From NCBI GenBank assembly GCA_964406735.1, contig CAYOSU010000009.1:4491-68490 (forward strand): a stretch of 64,000 bases of DNA, in the 5' to 3' direction. The DNA comes from an uncultured Clostridia bacterium (GTDB lineage Bacteria; Bacillota; Clostridia; Christensenellales; CAMQZB01). The translations under genes and the position numbers were made by a program. The notes beneath the pieces were generated by a model, which was not told where the DNA came from, ran no database searches, and saw only the letters and a list, made by a program, of their open reading frames with translations. This document shows, piece after piece, positions 60,988 to 64,000 of this stretch. Each line of letters starts with the position of its first letter. Position 1 is the stretch's first letter.

Positions 60988-63267
60988 TTATTTTATTATA
61001 AGGGGGCGGTGGTTTTTGTCTATAAGAGCGAATTTAAGCCCGTTTGCAGGGGCGTTTTCCGCCTTGACTTCTACTTCGTTTTTCTTGAAAGCTACCGTTA
61101 TTTCGCACTTTTCGGCTTCTCCGTCCGATTTTTCGGTGAAGTAGTCGTATTTTATCTCGCCTGTTTCCTTTGCAAAAACGTTGAGCGTTACGTCGAGCGG
61201 TCTTTCCGAAAAGCCGTAGTTTTCAGTCGACGCAAGAGGCAGAATACTTCCCTCTTTCACAAAATACGGAGCGGTGTCGGTCGGGGCAAATTTTACGCTT
61301 ACAATTTGTCCGCCGGCGTAGTATTTTTCTCCCATATACCAGCCGCAATCCTTGGGAAGATATACCTCTCTTTCCGTTTTCCCCTCGTCGAAGATATTTA
61401 CGGCAAGAAGGCTATCCCCAAGCATGAAGTCGTCGCTTTCGACGGACACTTTTTCATCGTCGAAGTGGTAAAACATCGGAGCTATTATCGGCGTTGCACA
61501 ATTCGAGCTTTTTGCGGCAGTAGAGTATATATACGGCAAAAGGGAGTAGCGTTCCTTGAAAAGCTCCCTTACGCTGTCGGTTATGTCGTCGTACATCCAA
61601 GGGAGGGTCGCCGAGCCGTCTTCGTTCCAGGAGTGTATGCAAAATCTCGGGGTGAATACGCCGTTCTGAAGCCAGCGCAAGAATAGCTCTCTCGTGGGCT
61701 TGTTACCCGAAAAGCCGCCTATGTCGTGCCCGAAGTTGAATATTCCCGACAAGCTCATGCTCATCGCCATTTTATGGTTTGCGCGCAAGGTCTCGAAGCG
61801 TGTGCAATTATCGCCCGTCCAGGTTGCGGCGTAACGTGTCGCTCCCAAGCCGCAAGACCTCACCGACATAAAATTGGTGGGCGTTTTTGCCGTATTCTGC
61901 GCCTCCTGACTTGCCATGGTCATTAAATAGGAGAACACGGGTTTTATGCGTTTTGCCTTTATTTCGCCGTCGCCGAAGCCCTTGCAATACACCTCGTCGT
62001 CCCATATCTCATACTCGTTGTTGTCGTTCCATGTGGAGTATATACCGTTGTCTATAAGCTGAGTTTTGACCATGCGTACCCAAAAATCGTACGCATCGGG
62101 GTCGGTGAAGTCAAGGTAGGAGCCTAAGCCATCCCAAAATTGAGAAAGCGCAGGCGTGCCGTCTTTGTAGTGCAAAAACCAGCCTTTTTTGGCTAAGTCG
62201 TCGTACATCGGATGAGTAGTCAGAAAGCAGGGCTTGATATTCGCTATGAAGCGTATGCCGCTTTGGTTGAATTTTTGCGTTAAGCCCTTTACGTCGGGGA
62301 ATTTATCTCTGTTCCACGTAAAAACGCAGCGTTTATCACCTATCGACGTGTAGCCGCTCGACAGGTAAAATGAGCGGCAGGAGAATGATTTTTGCTTGCA
62401 GGTGTCCAAAAAATCGGACAGTAGACGCTCCGAGTCGTCGCTATCGGTGAACGCCATCGTGCTGCCTGCATAGTCGAAGGAATATAGCGGCATCAGCTTG
62501 CTCTTCCCCAGCATCGACGAAAATGTCGTGAGGACAGTCTTTATATCTCCTAATATTATATAGTAAACGAGGGCGGCGTCTTCGGTCGAGAAGTATTTGT
62601 ATGCGCCGTGGTAGTTGTCAAGCTCGTTGCCGAGGTCAATCACGCTGTCGGCGTGGGTGTCGTAATATACGCCGTAGCAATATCCGTCGGCTTTTGTGAT
62701 ATAAAAAGGTACGTGATGATACAGTACGTCCGTGCGGTCGCCGTCGTAGCCCATTGCGTCAAGGCAGGATATCCTGAAACGCCTGCCCGTTTTGTCTACG
62801 TCGCCGCCTTTATCCCCCAATCCGAAGTGCTTTTCGCCCGACTTTCTCTCTACATAGTGGCAAACGGAGCTGCCAATCTCGCCGTAGAAGTTGTAGCTCT
62901 GCGTCTTGCGGTCGGAGTATATCTCGACGCCGTTTTTTGCTATCGAAAGGCGGAAAGGAGCGTCGTGAACGATGAGAGTATACTCATTAAGCTTTGCAGA
63001 TATACGGTCGCAAAGCTTTTCTATGCTGTCAAAGGCAGGGCAAGAAAAGCCCTCTTTTGAAAGGCGCGGTCTGCCGTTTTTGCCTATATCGCCGCCTTGC
63101 GCTATCGCAAAGGTGGGAAGAAGTGGCGTATCGTTCGTTTGAACGGAAATGCGGAGAACGTTTGCGCTTAAACGCTCTATTTTGGCACTCTTTTCGCCCT
63201 CGAAGGTGAATTGCAGCTCGTTGGGGAGCGTCGTTACGCTCGCTATTTTGTGCTCGTATTTGTTCAT
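60988..63267 (-). CDS. glycoside hydrolase family 31 (alpha-glucosidase/alpha-xylosidase type)
   Basis: STWNDNNEYEIW (nucleophile region) and FGHDIGGF. 759 aa. Confidence 0.85.
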   Translation of the reverse strand: MNKYEHKIASVTTLPNELQFTFEGEKSAKIERLSANVLRISVQTNDTPLLPTFAIAQGGDIGKNGRPRLSKEGFSCPAFDSIEKLCDRISAKLNEYTLIVHDAPFRLSIAKNGVEIYSDRKTQSYNFYGEIGSSVCHYVERKSGEKHFGLGDKGGDVDKTGRRFRISCLDAMGYDGDRTDVLYHHVPFYITKADGYCYGVYYDTHADSVIDLGNELDNYHGAYKYFSTEDAALVYYIILGDIKTVLTTFSSMLGKSKLMPLYSFDYAGSTMAFTDSDDSERLLSDFLDTCKQKSFSCRSFYLSSGYTSIGDKRCVFTWNRDKFPDVKGLTQKFNQSGIRFIANIKPCFLTTHPMYDDLAKKGWFLHYKDGTPALSQFWDGLGSYLDFTDPDAYDFWVRMVKTQLIDNGIYSTWNDNNEYEIWDDEVYCKGFGDGEIKAKRIKPVFSYLMTMASQEAQNTAKTPTNFMSVRSCGLGATRYAATWTGDNCTRFETLRANHKMAMSMSLSGIFNFGHDIGGFSGNKPTRELFLRWLQNGVFTPRFCIHSWNEDGSATLPWMYDDITDSVRELFKERYSLLPYIYSTAAKSSNCATPIIAPMFYHFDDEKVSVESDDFMLGDSLLAVNIFDEGKTEREVYLPKDCGWYMGEKYYAGGQIVSVKFAPTDTAPYFVKEGSILPLASTENYGFSERPLDVTLNVFAKETGEIKYDYFTEKSDGEAEKCEITVAFKKNEVEVKAENAPANGLKFALIDKNHRPLIIK

Positions 63268-63273
63268 AACCGT

Positions 63274-63282
63274 ATTGTAGCA
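63274..63282 (-). promoter_or_regulatory. extended -10 element 6 nt upstream of the GH31 ATG (possible leaderless mRNA)
   Basis: Minus strand TGCTACAAT-ACGGTT-ATG. No SD. Confidence 0.4.
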
Positions 63283-63344
63283 TAAGGCGAAGGAAAAATA
63301 AAGGGGTAACCGATAAAAATACGGCGGTTTAAGAGTTTTTTGTA

Positions 63345-63456
63345 GTGGACAAAGCTGAGTTTGAGAAAGTAGTTAGTGTGTTGACAATCCCTCAGTCGTC
63401 TTCGACGACAGCTCCCTTTACACAAAGGAGCCGTCATATGGATTGCGTTTTATTTA
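63345..63456 (+). repeat. mosaic intergenic repeat, locus 6 (3' part of module A + core B)
   Basis: GAGTTTGAGAAAGTAGTTAGTGTGTTGACAATCCCTCAGTCGTCTTCGACGACAGCTCCCTTTACACAAAGGAGCCGTCATATGGATTGCG. Confidence 0.9.
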
Positions 63457-63469
63457 GACTACGGCATAT

Positions 63470-63590
63470 TGGTAAATGAAGTTAAGATTATATGCGAAGT
63501 TTAAGTAAATAGTTTCTTCCACAGATAATAGTGGCGGATGGGTTATTATTCAGACTGCGGCAGTAGCCCCTACTGGGTTGTGGGTGGGCT
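63470..63590 (+). repeat. diverged module D / module C material
   Basis: GTAAATAGT...AATAGTGGCGGATGGGTTATTATTCAGACTGCGGCAGTAGCCCCTACTGGG. Confidence 0.5.
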
Positions 63591-63661
63591 ATTTTTATAA
63601 GAAAAGCCATGGAATGTTCGCAAGCTTTTGGGTGTTATGTTGTTTTGAGGGGTAGAAATTA

Positions 63662-63691
63662 CAAAAGACCCGAGAAGTCGGGTCTTTTTGG
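63662..63691. terminator. bidirectional terminator after the LacI-family gene
   Basis: AAAAGACCCGAGAAGTCGGGTCTTTTT. Confidence 0.7.
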
Positions 63692-63711
63692 AGTGTTATT
63701 CGTTTTGTGCG

Positions 63712-64000
63712 TTAGCCTTGGGTTATGTCTTTGACGGAGTCGCGCAAGGTGAGCTTTGATGACATTACAACGTTCTCTTTTTCATCCTTTTCGCCGTGCT
63801 CTATTCTATCGAAAAGAATCTTGGCGGCACGCTCGCCCATTGCGCAGAGGTTCTCCTCTACGTTGGTTATCTTGGGGACGTAGTAGTCGTTGAGCTCTAG
63901 ATTTGAAAAGCTTGCGATGGATATATCGTCGGGGATCTTTAATCCTAGATCGGTCGCCGCTTTCATTACAGCCTTTGCGCCGTAATAGCTTATGCCTATA
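63712..64000 (-). CDS. LacI family transcriptional regulator, C-terminal part (runs off the window)
   Basis: The frame stays open to position 64000. GAKAVMKAATDLGLKIPDDISIASFSN is a typical LacI sugar-binding-domain segment. Confidence 0.8.
   Translation of the reverse strand, partial: IGISYYGAKAVMKAATDLGLKIPDDISIASFSNLELNDYYVPKITNVEENLCAMGERAAKILFDRIEHGEKDEKENVVMSSKLTLRDSVKDITQG

Noticed and set aside
1-64000. Prophage, IS element, integrative element or defence island.
   Set aside because: No integrase, transposase, recombinase, phage structural, restriction-modification, cas, or nucleotide-signalling defence genes were recognised. The only accessory-type module seen is the Doc/RelB-DinJ pair.

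Overview
This is a 64-kb chromosomal segment that looks like a spore-forming Firmicute of the Clostridia type. All family calls come from motifs I recognise by eye; no search was run. I call 50 protein genes, 42 of them on the minus strand.

Main gene groups:
- Housekeeping loci: rarA, type-A RNase P RNA, a YebC-family regulator, a TrmH-family methyltransferase, infC-rpmI-rplT (ATT start on infC), murG, pgsA, ppiB, two RluA-family synthases, a long type-2-like ileS, and valS.
- Carbohydrate genes: two paralogous GH43+discoidin+Fn3 enzymes, GH2, GH31, two GPH symporters, a TIM-barrel isomerase, and a LacI fragment.
- Sporulation-associated genes: a SipL/SpoVID-like DUF3794+LysM protein, veg, a PdaA/B-like deacetylase, a collagen-like BclA-type protein, and a YtxC-like protein.
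- Several surface proteins and lipoproteins.
- Small functional units: a TPP riboswitch with thiT, a Na/Pi-cotransporter + OmpR-type regulator + kinase operon, an orphan AgrC-like/LytTR pair, and a Doc + RelB/DinJ toxin-antitoxin module.

I saw no transposase, phage genes, CRISPR-cas or recognisable defence island.

The least explained signal is non-coding:
1. A mosaic, strongly structured intergenic repeat family. It has six core copies, all in the same orientation, and compensatory changes in one hairpin.
2. Two T-poor tandem arrays built from AGCCGAGCGAGTGCG-type words.
3. 10-bp phased TGTCGAA-like satellites just past the stops of minus-strand genes.
4. Degenerate echoes of gene 3' ends.
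5. An orphan promoter-terminator pair that could encode a ~105-nt sRNA.
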